Assembly (NCBI GenBank): GCA_013265495.1
Contig: MU058636.1
Coordinates: forward strand, 8,639,425-8,703,424
Direction of reading: 5' to 3'
Length of the DNA: 64,000 nucleotides
Origin: Vicugna vicugna
Taxonomy: Eukaryota
The translations under genes were made by a program, and so were the position numbers. The notes under the pieces are model-generated. The model was not told where the DNA came from. It was given only the letters and a program-made list of their open reading frames with translations, and searched no databases. Positions 25,868-38,693 of this stretch are shown in pieces. Numbering within the stretch: position 1 is the stretch's first letter; every line of letters begins with the position of its first letter.

Positions 25868-26440
25868 TGTTGCTGAAGAATAGGTTCTTGCCTCGCGCAG
25901 GGAAGAATTCAGGAGTGAGGCATAGTACAGTGCAAGCAGGTTTATTTAGAGAGATACACACTCCACAGACAGAATGCGGTCCGTCACACTCAGAAGGGAG
26001 AGCGGTTTAGGAGATACATACTTCATAGGCAGAATGCGGGCCATCTCAGAAGGTGAGAGGGAGAGAGGTTGAGAGGCATAGGTGATTAGTTTAAAGTAAA
26101 AGTAGATAACATGCGCTACAGACAGAGTGTGGGCCGTTTCAGAAGGCAAGAGAGATGGACCGTGGGGTGCAGAGGTGTTCGTTTTATGGGCTCAGCAATT
26201 TCATATGCTAATGAGCAGGAGGCTATTCCAACTATGTTGGGGAAGGGGCAGGGATGTCCAGGAATCAGGCCCCTCCCCCCACTTTTTGACCTTTGATGGT
26301 CAGCCTAGGAACTGTCACGGCACCCAAGGGTGTGCCATGAGGCTCAGGGTCTACTAGAAGTCGAATCTTCTGCCATCTTGGTTGTTACCAGTTCGTCCTG
26401 TCCTCAGTGGTTGTGCCCTGCCCCCTTCCCTCCTGTCTCA
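25868..26440 (-). mobile_element. ERV1-class solo LTR B, same family as A, inverted
   Basis: Reverse complement aligns end to end with LTR A; termini tgttgc...tgtctca. Confidence 0.9.
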
Positions 26441-27541
26441 CCTAGAGCTGACAGACAGGAGAGTTTGGGACTTGCCAACTGTTGTCTAATCAGAATGTAA
26501 AAGCGTCCGCCTTGCCTCTAGTCCTTTTGCATTTTTTTTTTCCCTTGGTCTTCTGGGCCAAACCTAATTTGCCATTTGACATATAACGTTATCAAGCTTA
26601 GAATATTATTCAGTGCTGTACAGGTGGATGGTATGGGCAGAAAACAAACAGAATTAAAAAGGACTAAATCATTTTTAACTGCAAAAGAGAAAGCTGTTTG
26701 GAACTGCAGACGACCAACACTCAATAATTTCATCTCACTGCACACAGCGTGTTAACTGAGAAGGCCAACTGGCCAGGCGGTGACTGAAGGGTGTCTTCCC
26801 AGTGCTTGCTTTGTCTCCCTCTCTCTCTCTCTTTTTTTTTTCTCAAATATGTTCTTTGATTGCAGTAACTGATAAATGAAGTTCTGACTGCATGGACTTC
26901 TAGCACAAACTACAGAGATTTTCTGGTTATCTTATTTAAAATCCAGTTGGAAAATGCAGGGAAAAACATATTTCTGTCTAAGGATTCAAATGAACTCCAT
27001 TCGATATTCACATCAGATAAACTAGAAAATCCTCAAATCGGATTTTGCTCTCCACAGACAAAGCATAAATGGATAGAAATAGTTTCAACCAGAACAATAA
27101 CACTTTTTCTTAACTAGAAGGTTTTATTACAAAACATTATCCATTATAAAATTGGCCACATGGTGGAAAGTGAGAAAAAAAAATGAATATTTTAATTGAT
27201 GCATGGGGAAGCCTTCAGGTTTTCATTCTCAGTCTACTGAATTATAGATTTAGAACAAAAGATTTAAAACAGCATTCCTTCTTGAAGCTGCTTAGGAGTA
27301 ATTAGAAATCAGAAGAGGGAGACAAGAGGGCTACTGGGGCAGAGATACTGACAATGCTATTTGACTTCTCATTTTCGTCGTCTGTTAAATCTGTCCTCCC
27401 TGCCAGGTTCCAAGCTCGCGCTTACTCATTGCTGAATCCACAGTTTTAAAAACACTGCCCAAAACACATTAGCTATAATAAACAAATGAATAATAGTCAA
27501 CAATATTTCCAGTGAAGCAAATAATGTTTGGGAGGTAAAAC

Positions 27542-28097
27542 TGAGACATGAAAATGAATGTGAGGCATGAGGAGGGCCATATCCCAGATCTCAGTTGAGT
27601 CCCTGGGACATGCGCCACCAAGTGTGGGTCCTTGGCTTCATGCAGGAAAGAATTCAAGAGTGAGCCACAGGTGAGTAAAGGTAGATTTATTCAGAAAGAT
27701 GCATACTCTGTGTACAGAATGCAGGCTGTTTCAGAAGGCAAGAGAAAGGCCATGAGGCGTGGGGGTTGTTAGCTTTTATGGGCTCGGTGACTTAATATGC
27801 TAACAAGTGCGAGGATCATTTCAACTCCTTTGGAGAAGCGGCTGGGATTCTCAGGAATTGGGCCACTGCCCACTTTTTGACCTTTTATGGTCAGCCTCGC
27901 AACTGTTATGGTGCCTGCTGGAGTGTCATTTACCATGTAATATATCACAATGAGCGCATAATGAAGCTCAAGGTCTACCAGAAGTCAACGCTCCAGCCAC
28001 CTTGGGTCTCAGGGACTACTGGGAGTTGACTTTCCTCCATCTCGGTATTAATTGCTGTGTCCTTCCTTGAATGGCTGCCCTCTTCCTTCCTGTCTCA
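27542..28097 (-). mobile_element. ERV1-class solo LTR C, related subfamily
   Basis: Shares 'gcaggaaagaattcaagagtgagcc', 'ccactttttgacctt...atggtcagcct' and terminal 'cctgtctca' with LTR B. Confidence 0.85.
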
Positions 28098-28805
28098 CAG
28101 CCCCAGATTGTCATCTTTCCTTGGTCTTCTAGAGTCAGCAGTGTCAAGAGAAAGTCATGTTTGAGTCCAAATGGGACAGAGTGCCAGCTTATTAGCTTGG
28201 GAGCCAGGTTATAAACCTGGTGCTAGAGTCTTTAGAGTGACACAAATCTGTGTCTTCTCCAGCCAGGAACATGACAGACTTGCCCTTTCTCACTTCCCTT
28301 TAAAATATGATTGTTTTCACCAGTGACCTGTGAAGAGAAGTGCACTGCTGCATTCCTGAGGGACTGTCCACGGTTCTTCATGTTTCCCACCATGGGCATC
28401 CTGGAAGCCTGTATCAAGTTGGGATCTCCATCAATCAAGGTCCCTGAGTGACCAGGAAGATAAGAACCTCTCAACCCCTGGACACGAATTCTTTCAAAAG
28501 TTATTGCCTGCTTTCAATTCTACAACTGAAAACACTATTGTTGTCTCTACTTTTTTTTTTCAAAACTAAAAAAAGGAATGGAAAATCAGTTAAAACAGTA
28601 CAGAAAAGCCAATGAGTGGCATGCTGAACTTATAAGACTCAGTTCACCCACACAGTCTCTCCAGATAACATCCTGAGTCCTTATCTGGCAGTTTGGACAG
28701 TTGGTTAGATATCAAAAAGAACACTGATTTCCTGTCCTTAGACCCATTTTATGTCCAGTTTCACAATTTGTCTTACATTTCCCTATAATGACTGTCACAA
28801 ATCAC

Positions 28806-29040
28806 TTTAAAATTTTAATTAAAGTATAGTTGATTTACAATGTTGTGTTAGTTTCAGATGTATAGCGAATTGATTCATTTATATGTATACATACACATAT
28901 ATATATATTCTTTTTCAGATTCCTTTCCCTTATAGGTCATTACAAGATACTGAATCTAGTTCCCTGTGCTATACAGTAGGTTCCCGCTGTTTATCTATTT
29001 TATGTATAGTAGTGTGCATATGTTAATCCCAAACTCCTAT
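28806..29040 (-). mobile_element. Lineage L1 3' end
   Basis: 'aagtatagttgatttacaatgttgtgttagtttcag...tagttccctgtgctatacagtagg'. Confidence 0.9.
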
Positions 29041-29624
29041 AGTCATAAACTTTTAACTGCAGTGTACTGGTGAAGTTTCTAAGGAATATTCTATAGCTGG
29101 TAAATATACAAATACTTTATATATAAAACATTACAAGAATAAAAATGCTTATAACATACCAACAAAGACGGTCTTGTAAAAAGAGACAAATTATAGGATT
29201 TAATAATTTTTTTCTTTACCCTTAGGGCATTCTGCAAAGCTTAGAGGCAGAAATAAGTACAAATATAAGTACAAACAAAAACCCTATTTAACAATATCCA
29301 TAGGAATAACATGATAATTTAAGGGCTCATTCTTTTACAAGAACAATCCACTTCGAAATTCTTGATTTAATTGTGTGTTTCAGATAGCTTTGGGAAAGCA
29401 ATTAGGTTGAGGTTTTTGACTTCATGTGTAGCTGAAGAAATGCATCTGGACACCTCTTTCCTACTTTTGCTCTTTTTCCTAAACTAAATTCCCAGGAACA
29501 TTAATCTTCACATACTTAGTAAGAATAATCATAACAACAGCAATATACATTCACCTCCTAACATACGATGTCAATGACAGAAATATCTCATTTTTATTTT
29601 GAACTTTATACAACTTACAGTCAA

Positions 29625-29995
29625 AATCAGTTGTGTCCCATAAGAACCTGATGAGGTAGGAGCTACTGTTGTTTTTCAATTTTAATGATAAGAAACCGAG
29701 TTAAAAAGAATGAATGAGGCTCTTGGAGCACCATGGCTTTGCTCTATCTTTCTGACTTTCCCTTACACCTGCCATACCAGCCATCTGCCCCCACACACTA
29801 GAATAAGGAAATGTGGGACCTAAAATTTGAACTAAGACACCTGCATGGTAATTCGTGCTCTTCCAGGTACCAGCTATCCTTATTCTAAAATGGGCAAAAA
29901 TCACCACAGTAGGGTCTTTATGAGAATTAAATGAGATAATATAAGTTAACCCCTCAGCTCAGTGCCTGCCACCCAGCAAATTCTCAACAAATTGT
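29625..29995. mobile_element. Two MIR fragments (minus, then plus)
   Basis: 'gatgaggtaggagctactgtt...aagaaaccgag' and 'tgagaattaaatgagataat...cagtgcctgcc'. Confidence 0.6.
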
Positions 29996-30271
29996 ATCAA
30001 CCATGATAAATTCTTGCTTCTCAGCCACTAAAAATATTTCGGCTATGAAGAAACTATGCCAGTTGATCCATTATGAACGACTGCTATGTAATGACTGCAG
30101 ACTTGGAGCTCATCTTCTGTGTACTATTTAAACTATTTGCCAAAGCAGTATTTCAAATGTTATTCATACTGTAGCCTGTGCTAGACCTCTCATAGTTTGC
30201 AACGAAAGTCCCAAGTCATCTGGCATGACTTTCTTTATCCACAAGGCATAAATTAATTGGGTTTACAAGCG

Positions 30272-30485
30272 GGTGGTATGACGTAGATGTTAAGAGCTCA
30301 GCCTTTGGAGCCAGATCACCCAGTTCTAATCCCAGCTCGGCTACTCTTTGTACTTCATGTTTTTGTTTCTAAAATAAAGATACTCATAATTTCTGCTTAA
30401 GAGGTTTTTTTGAGGCTTGAAGACATGAATATAGGGAAAGTATTTTGAACAGTGCCTGACATACAGTAAGCATTATGTAAGTATT
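30272..30485 (+). mobile_element. MIR SINE
   Basis: 'gttaagagctcagcctttggagccagatcacccagttctaatcccagctc...aacagtgcctgacatacagtaagc'. Confidence 0.85.
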
Positions 30486-31109
30486 TTTTAACTGAAGCAC
30501 AGTTGATTTACATTATACTAGTTTTAATTATATAACAACTTTTGCTAATATTAGTTAATCAAAACTACTAGATATGAACTACGAGCCAATAGGCTATAGC
30601 TCAAGATTCAAAGGAAAAGGATTATAATCCATATATAACATCTTCTCTCAAAGCATTTAGAGTCTTTGGGGAGTTAGATACAGTAACCCAACTAGAAGAC
30701 CAGGTGGTACATGCAATAGAAGAAGATGTGTGAAATATGGCCGGGAGGCAGCCCGGTGCACTGCGATGGTAGAGTAGTGAGGATAGAGAGGGCTATTATT
30801 TCCACTTTATGGAGAGGAGAATCAGATCTTCAGAAGATGAAATGGTCATGCAGCTACTGATTGTTAGAGGAGACATTTGAACCCAAACTTCTAACTTTGG
30901 ACCACAGTGTTTCCACCACCTTGTTCTGTCTTCCCTCCATTACTCCTTTTCTCACTCACAAATTTTTCTAAAAAAAAAAAAAAAATAGAAGAGAGTCTTT
31001 TCATCTTGCCACCAAAGGAACCAACCTGTTTATATTTGCAGTAGTTTATTGTAGTAACAATTCACTCTCCTACGTAAGGCCAGCTCCTCAATTTGGGGAG
31101 TTGACCCAA

Positions 31110-31420
31110 TTTTCTCTCAACTACTCAAGTATTTTGCTCCTGAAATTCTTCCCTTTGTCCCCTGCATTCTTGTTTTCTCATTTTTCAATTGCGCCTGCTG
31201 GAAATCATACCCTCTCCAGGTTCTATCCTATTTTTCTGCTTCATTTTATAGAAAAATTTCTCCAAGTAACTTGCAGTCATTGTCCCCTCTTCCTTACCTC
31301 ACTCATTCTGTCTTGAGCCCATTAAAATGAGATTCCTTTCTCACTACTTTGATGAAACTGCTTGTTAAGGTCATTTATGAGCTCTATTTAAATCCAGTAG
31401 TTATTTTCCAGTTTTTATTT
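31110..31420 (+). mobile_element. L2 fragment
   Basis: 'gaaactgcttgttaaggtcatttatgagctc...aaatccagtag' L2 motif. Confidence 0.6.
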
Positions 31421-31422
31421 CA

Positions 31423-31869
31423 TGCAACAGGGAAATGGATAAATAAATGAAAAGTCGAAAGCCCTAGAGGCTCCCAGAGGAACCTGTTGACCTGAGTTGA
31501 TGAAAAAGAAGAGCACCATCTTGGCGAAGTCTTAGTACGTCTCGAAAGGGGGATTTAGAAAGGGGTACTCCTAGGATTTCTGGCGGGGTTTAGTCACAGG
31601 GTCTTTGTAGAGTGGAAATTTCTCAGTGTGGTATACGGAAGGTCAGAATTTGTAAGTAAGTGAGTTTAGAGGGGGCAGGGGGATGGACCCACAGGAGCTG
31701 TGCAGAACTTCTCTCTGGTCTTGTCTTGAAAAACGTGCATTTCACAGGGCCGCTGTTAAAATTTCCGGGCTAGGACAATTTTGTTGCACATCACCCTTTA
31801 GTACAGGTTATCTGTTTTGAGAATCATAGTATAGTTTGTTTTGCAAGAAGGGACTTTCATTCTGTCTCA
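31423..31869 (-). mobile_element. Older ERV1-class solo LTR
   Basis: Termini tgcaacagggaaa...ttctgtctca; LTR-like 'agtcttagtacgtctcgaaaggggg'; no clean TSD. Confidence 0.6.
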
Positions 31870-34704
31870 GAAGGATTCTTAGCTCTTTCATATCTAAGGA
31901 AACTGGAAGAGTTTGTGACTCAATTACCTAGACAACCCTGGAGAATGTTTTGGTTCTTATCCTGACACTTAAGCCCACCTACAAGCATGCCGATCTATAT
32001 ATTTTTGCCTCTAAGAAGCAATATTTTTAGACGCATTTTCAAGCATATGTCCCTATTTCCTTGTACTGTGCCTCTTCAATTATATAAATAGCGTCCCATC
32101 TGAAGTGGAAACATAGCCATGACCCGAACGAATGATTGTGGCTGTAACAGTTGCAGGCGTCCTCTCACCTCAGCCTTCTGGAACATTCCTAAAATCCTAA
32201 AAGTAACAACAACAGCAAAATCCTCCAAGAATGGAAGCAGACTTAATGTTCTACGGCTTGTAGAGTTTTCCGCATAGAAAAGACTCAGGCCAGTGGATGA
32301 TTACGTCACTTCAGTTATCTTATTTTCTATGCCACAGAAGTGTAGAAGCTGAAGATTAGAAATGAGAGGAGGTCCTACTGGTACTCTGTCAGCAGTGAGT
32401 AGATATCACTGGTTATCTCCCAGCAAAGAAAGACAGAAGAAAGGGGAAAAAAATCTAAAAGCCTAATAAAACTCATTTGCTTTTCTGATAGGCATTGCAT
32501 ATTTTATGACTCCTGCTAAGACTGCATATAATCTAATTTAATATTTTCTTGATGAGTCAAAGTTATCATTGCTATCCAGTATTTTAATTATGATATTATA
32601 GTGCACGAAAGTGCTCAGAAGCTGGCTAAACTTGTTTCATTTCATCCTAAATAAGTGATTTCCAAAGTTCTCACTATATTGTGAGACAGTATAAAAATAA
32701 ACAAAAGTCATAGAAATATGGAATGCATTTCAGGAAGATTTTAATAAAAATGAAAATAATTTTACAACAGACAATATCAGGGCTTAAAGAATTATGCATT
32801 GATGACCTGGAAAATTTTCTTGAGATTAAGATTTCATTTCCCAGTAGTGCCAGAGAGCTGACTGCTGGCTCTATCTGAGAATTTGAATGCAAAATGCAGG
32901 GGGAACAAAAAAAAAAAAAACCCACCAAGAATGTTGTATTGGACTATCAGCATGTATTGTGATCTATCTTGAACAAAAGCCAGTAGGGCTGCTATCATCT
33001 TCCAGTAGTTAGAGCATCATTACACGGTTTCTACAAATAGATAGCTGTTATTTTGATGCAATTCTATTAGAATCTGCATTTGCCATAATAAGCTATGTAG
33101 GCTAAGAACACTGTCAACAAAAGTGTTAATCAGATGGTTATTGTAACCACTGTATTTGAGCCCTGTTTAAAGCTGTTCTGCAGCTTACCAGACATGTGTC
33201 TGGCAGGCTCTTCCTTTGCCAGTGGCAGGTTGTAGTCACTGATGGACAGTAAAGTTTACGGAAGGAGAAACTACACATCTTTGTGCTTTAACTTTTGCTA
33301 CAGCTGTGCTTTGTTTAAAGATTATATACGTATGCGGCTGTTTCACGGTTCCTTCCCCTCTGTACCTGATGGGAAATATTGGTACTTTGACTTAAAAAAA
33401 AATGCCCTACTTTCCTTTTCAACATCTTATAATACTGAGCACAACTGCCTTTGTTAACCTTCACTCGCGTTACTTCCTAGTTCATTATAAATATAAATTT
33501 TGCAATAACAATATTGAACTTATGCTTTTCTGTGGGTAACTTTTATTCTTGTCTATAATCCATATTTTGATTGTGTACTGCTTTGAGTCTTCCCATGTTT
33601 GTAATTTATCCAGCAGTCATTATCTGCCATTGTAGACAATATATTTTTATTATCCGACTTGGTGGAATATTTCCAAGAATTGGCCTGTTCCCCTCTGCTA
33701 ACATGCCTTCAGAAATACAAACGTGGACAAAATAGCCCTGATTCAAAATGTTAAACATCCTTGTATGCTGTAAACTCGACAGAAATAGAAATTAACTTGT
33801 CATCTACCCTTTAGAAGTAAGGCACTTTAAGAGAAACATTAGTGAACTAAAAGAAATGTCTTAATACTGTGTATTAAAGCAGTGCTTTGTTTAAGAAACT
33901 CTGATGAGGGGAAAAATATTACATCTATGAAAATATGAGTCTACAATTCTGTTTAGGTGCAATCACAAAATGGGCTATTTTGAAGTCATTTATTTTTTCT
34001 GAGCAAAATTGACAGTCATTCTCTGTAGAATCAATTGGACAAATCTATAGTATGTCCAACTCAGCATGTATGATGACAAATAAATGACCCACCTTCAGGG
34101 CTGGTATTAGATTAAAAAATGTCGTATATTAAGGCAAAATCTTACTGGAAAGCCTGACTAGTGCCTGGAGCTAGATTTTATCGAAATATTTCAACGCACA
34201 TCACAAATATGAAATGTATTTTCTTCAAATGCACATGAGCAATGGATTGAGAAAACTCTATATGCGGCCAAAAAGCAAACTCTGGGAAGTACGCCAAAAC
34301 CTGAAGGGAATCGGGGGTGAAAACGGGAGTCAAAGAGCAGACCTCAAAGGATGTAGTGTACAATGTCTCGCTCTGTTTTATCTTCATAGAAACTCATGTC
34401 AGCTTCAACTGGGAGACATAGCCCAGGCCCTGGACCTTGTGCTTGACACCTGGCTTCAGCGCCAGTAAACGCCTGCAGTGTTGACTCTGAGTTACTGTAA
34501 GGCTCTGAAACTTTTCTGGACCTTTCACAAGGTGGTAATTTTTGTAAAATACAAAGTGGGCACCTCCCTTTTGAAATACAGAGCTCCATTATATAAGCAG
34601 ACGAAAGCAGACACCCCGCAGTAAAATCGCAGATGACAACTTTTGTGCATCATAGAGGATCTGCTGGGCTCCCTGAACTATAAAAACCACCAGGAGTGCA
34701 AGGG

Positions 34705-34885
34705 AGGCGACGTGGTGTAGTGATTGGGAGAACAGATGGTCTGGTCTGGAACCTGAGCTCTGCCATTTTTCAGCCATGTGAGGCCACGTACGTCATCTAC
34801 CTTCCCTATACCTTGGTTTCTGCATCTGTAATTTAGAGTTATGAGAATGAAGTGGGTTAACATTTGTAAAGCGTTCAGAGTTGTC
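34705..34885 (+). mobile_element. MIR SINE
   Basis: 'ggcgacgtggtgtagtg...cttggtttctgcatctgtaa...catttgtaaagcgttcaga'. Confidence 0.75.
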
Positions 34886-36389
34886 ATGTATGTCTTTGTC
34901 TGAAAAAAAAAAAGTCTTCCTTAATGTATTCATTTTAATGTTCTTTGAAATGAAGAGTGAGGACATGTACTATGGCAGGATAAGGTTTTATTGCCTAGGA
35001 TATTATGTTTCCTAAGATTATTACTCCTCAGTCTACTCTCCATTGGTTGGTCTTATCCTAGAGAAGTCAATCACCAATGCGATTCCAGACGTGGACTTGC
35101 AAGTTTCGTGTGTATTCCTGTGTGATCCCACGGGGGGTAAATCATGCTCCATTCATTTTTGAAGACTAATGAGAATTTTGCAAAACACTATGAAAATAAT
35201 TTCTTCTAGTTTAGAATCCCTTCTCAATTTGCTTTTCTCTAGCTTTCTCTCCACAGTAACTTAATTAACCCCTAGTCTAATACAGCGTCAGTATTATCTC
35301 CCCCCAAAAATCTCAAGGCATTTTCAATGGCCTCCAGCGATCATTGTGCAATTTTCACTCAGTCTGAAGTCAAGGTTGGCCAAGCAATAGTTTTTGATCA
35401 ACCAAGCTGTGTTTTCTACTTCTGCACCTGGAGTTGGAAGAAAGCCATTATAAATCAGGCAGGCTTACAATTCAGGATGTAATCATAGTGCTTAGTTTTC
35501 ATTAGGTTTTCTGTGTGTTCTGTTTTGTTTCTGTGACAGCCTGTAAACCATTTACGTAGACCGAATACAGCCAGGTACGGCAGGACAGATGAGGGACGAC
35601 TATGCCCGTCACGCAGAAACGTCTGCGTGCCATCACTAACTACCTGCCACGCGCTGGAAATGCCTCTTACTTCCTAGCTGACAAGTGGCTATTTGGGGTC
35701 TGTCATTCTCCGCCTCACAATGTAGATTTTTAATTTTGATGACTGTACAGCCCCTGGTAGGGTGTAACGTTTCTGACATAGGAGAGAGAAACAGGGCATT
35801 TAATAGCATTTATTTCTGGGGAGAAATTACAAGAATTTGCATTGAATTGGAGAAAATGACTGCAAAACAGGGAGAGCACACTGTGCTACCAAGAGCAAAA
35901 AGCACGTTGTGTCCCTGCACATTCATCACCCACTGAGTCCAAACGGAACACAGCTCTTTCTCCAGAGCCGCCTCCATGGTTAGGGCTCTAAAGGATGGTG
36001 GCACAGTCAAATAAAAAGCTGATTGGGATAATTACTAGTTGGTAGAAGGCATGTTTGAAGTTTTACTGCAGATACTGGACTTACATAATGTCATCATTAC
36101 CTGTGACTGCATCTGCATACGTCTGGTTAGAAAAGGTCATTTAATTTCTGATTCATCTCAGGAAAAAAAATCGGCTAGAAGAATAAGATGGATACATTAT
36201 TAAAATAACGCCAATAGCTATTCAAAACGGCATGCTTTCAGTTGCTTTAATACCGCACTCTTGGCTCAAAGCAAACATTTCCCATTTCATTCTGCATAAA
36301 GGTATGCTTCGTGTTGGAACAAGCAAACGAACAGGAAAACAAACAAAATACTACAAAAAGAAACTAGTTCCTAAATTCTTATTTATAAG

Positions 36390-37060
36390 AGAATGCATAT
36401 TTTTCTGATTACAAAAATGATATGTGTTCATTGCATAATACATAGAAAAAATAATCATAAGGAAATAAAAACAACCAGCAATCTACTGCTACTAATTAAA
36501 GTAGATCCGTTTTTCTGTGCATGTGTGTTGGAAGGATATGAGAATTAATATTTCTATACCCTTTTATTTTACTAAAACTATACCATAAAACTTCAGCACA
36601 TCATATATGTTTATGATACCCATATATTATATTAATATATTATATATTATATTTATGGCACATTATAATTTATTTATTTATACTTTTTGCAATTCTGGGC
36701 ACTTACATTGAAATTTTTATGAAGTGTTATGCTGTATTATGATTAATATTGATGTGCAACTATCCTGTACATAAGTTATTTCTCTCAGATAAATTATCAG
36801 AAGTGTCAATGTGCTGTCAAAGTGAGTGAGCATTTATATGGCTTTCAATAACTTGACACCCCTTTCCAGATAGGTTAATCAATTTATACTCACACCAACA
36901 ACCTACGCCCCAAGTTTCACCATGTCAGCCGACTATTATTATTAGATATTTATGCATCCATATTTATGGAAATACTTATTTTCCAGTTTGAATGAACAAA
37001 ACCCCAATATCATCCTGTTTTAATTGGCATTTGATTTCTATCCTAATCTTTATGTTTCAG
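36390..37060 (-). mobile_element. Degraded L1ME-like fragment
   Basis: 'ttccagataggttaatcaatttatactcacaccaaca' and related motifs. Confidence 0.6.
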
Positions 37061-37159
37061 GTTTAGGTAACATGATAAGGAAACTCATCACCTGCGAGTA
37101 AGTGATTTGCCCATAACACACAGCGACTGGGTACTGTGTGATGTGCTCTCTCTCTCATG

Positions 37160-37360
37160 AATATGTACATATATACATGTATGAGATATACACACACACA
37201 CATAAACATACACGTGCAATATGTACACACATCATACATGCACGCAATACATATACACACATATGTGTTAAATACATATACAAATATATGTATATATTTG
37301 ACTTAGGTGTTTAATGAATTCAAATGTGTGTGTGTCTTATGTTCGTGTATATATATATTT
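37160..37360. repeat. Degenerate (CA/TA)n low-complexity tract
   Basis: Direct inspection. Confidence 0.8.
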
Positions 37361-38693
37361 TACAAAGAACAGCATTTCAGAGCTTCAGAAATGTTCTAGC
37401 ATTCACTAAAGACTAGATATGATAAAAAAAAGAAAGGGTCACAGCTTGTTGATTCTGTCCAGTTTTTAAGTTATCTGTACCTCATCTTCAAGATGAACTT
37501 GCTTGCTCTTCATTAATTGCTGTATAAGTACATGCAGATCAGAGAATGTCTGTCTTGGTGTCTTCCTGCGCTCGGAAGAGGACGCCAGGCGGATATCTGT
37601 GCCTAGAGTCTGTTCAGTTCAGTCACCGTCAGCAGATCCAGACAATTCCATTTGCATAATGAACTCTCCGAGCTGTCTTTAAAGCCTCTGCCGGCAATGA
37701 TTAGGAAGTAGCTGCCTAAGGATTATTGCCACGTTCCATTCAATGAGCTCTCAGATGCTGTCCGCTCTCAGCTGAATCGCTGACCCCTAATTTGAGGTCT
37801 AAATGAGTGTTAGTGGTTTTCTAAGAGATCTGAAAGTGCTGTGACCTTTGGCTCTCTCGTTGACACCTGGAGAATGGTGGGTGGGAGGGCAGGAAGTCAA
37901 GCCAGGCGACGTGGGTAAGATAAAAAGGGGGTCTCCATACTAACTATGGGACAAACAGGCAAGAAGTTGAATTGCAATGTTTAATAAATATTTATTGAGT
38001 ACCCAATATAGAAAAATTTGGCCAGACAGTTTTGGAAAGGAAAAATTCCCTTTTTGCTGGTATCGGAACCCCCTTTACCATGTAAACGCATCATCCCAGA
38101 GGTCATTAGAGTAAGGTAGATACTGAGACATATTTAAAGGTGAATAAAATCCATTATTTAAAAAGATATTTCAAATTATAATGAAATTAGTGTACGTATA
38201 TATAAATGCAAACAGAGAGAGCTATAAAAGGGAAATCAAAACTCTTCCTGAGAGAAAGCGTCCTTGACTGTTTCCATTTTAGTACCCCTAACCTTAAACT
38301 CAGCAACTCTAAGTAATGCCTATAAACCATTAGTTCTTGATTTATAACTCTAGTTACATTTATTTATTATCTATTATGAAAAATACTTTATTCACAATAC
38401 CCCCTGCAGCCATCTCTCCTCCCAAACTTTTTTAAATACACATGGTTGTTTTAGTCTGTTATGGTCTGTAAATTTTTAAATAACCTTAATATTTATGTGT
38501 TGGTGCAGGAACCTTAGCTAGGGTCTCCATTTCCTCTTGTATAAGGACAAACAACAACTCTGTACTTCCATCTACTCTTCTTTCCTCATCCACCATCACT
38601 CAGATTCTCCCAGCTGTACCCTTACTCTAAATTTAAGATTTATCACATTTATATAATTTTTGATATTTAAACATACTTTCATGCTTCGTCTGT

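Noticed and set aside
25868..28097. LTRs B and C as the 5' and 3' LTRs of one provirus
   Set aside because: They differ structurally (different subfamilies); the 1.1-kb spacer shows no PBS/PPT or retroviral coding remnant; outer flanks do not match
37757..37776. REST/NRSE-like site (reverse TTCAGC...GGACAGC)
   Set aside because: The left half lacks ACC and the spacing is non-canonical
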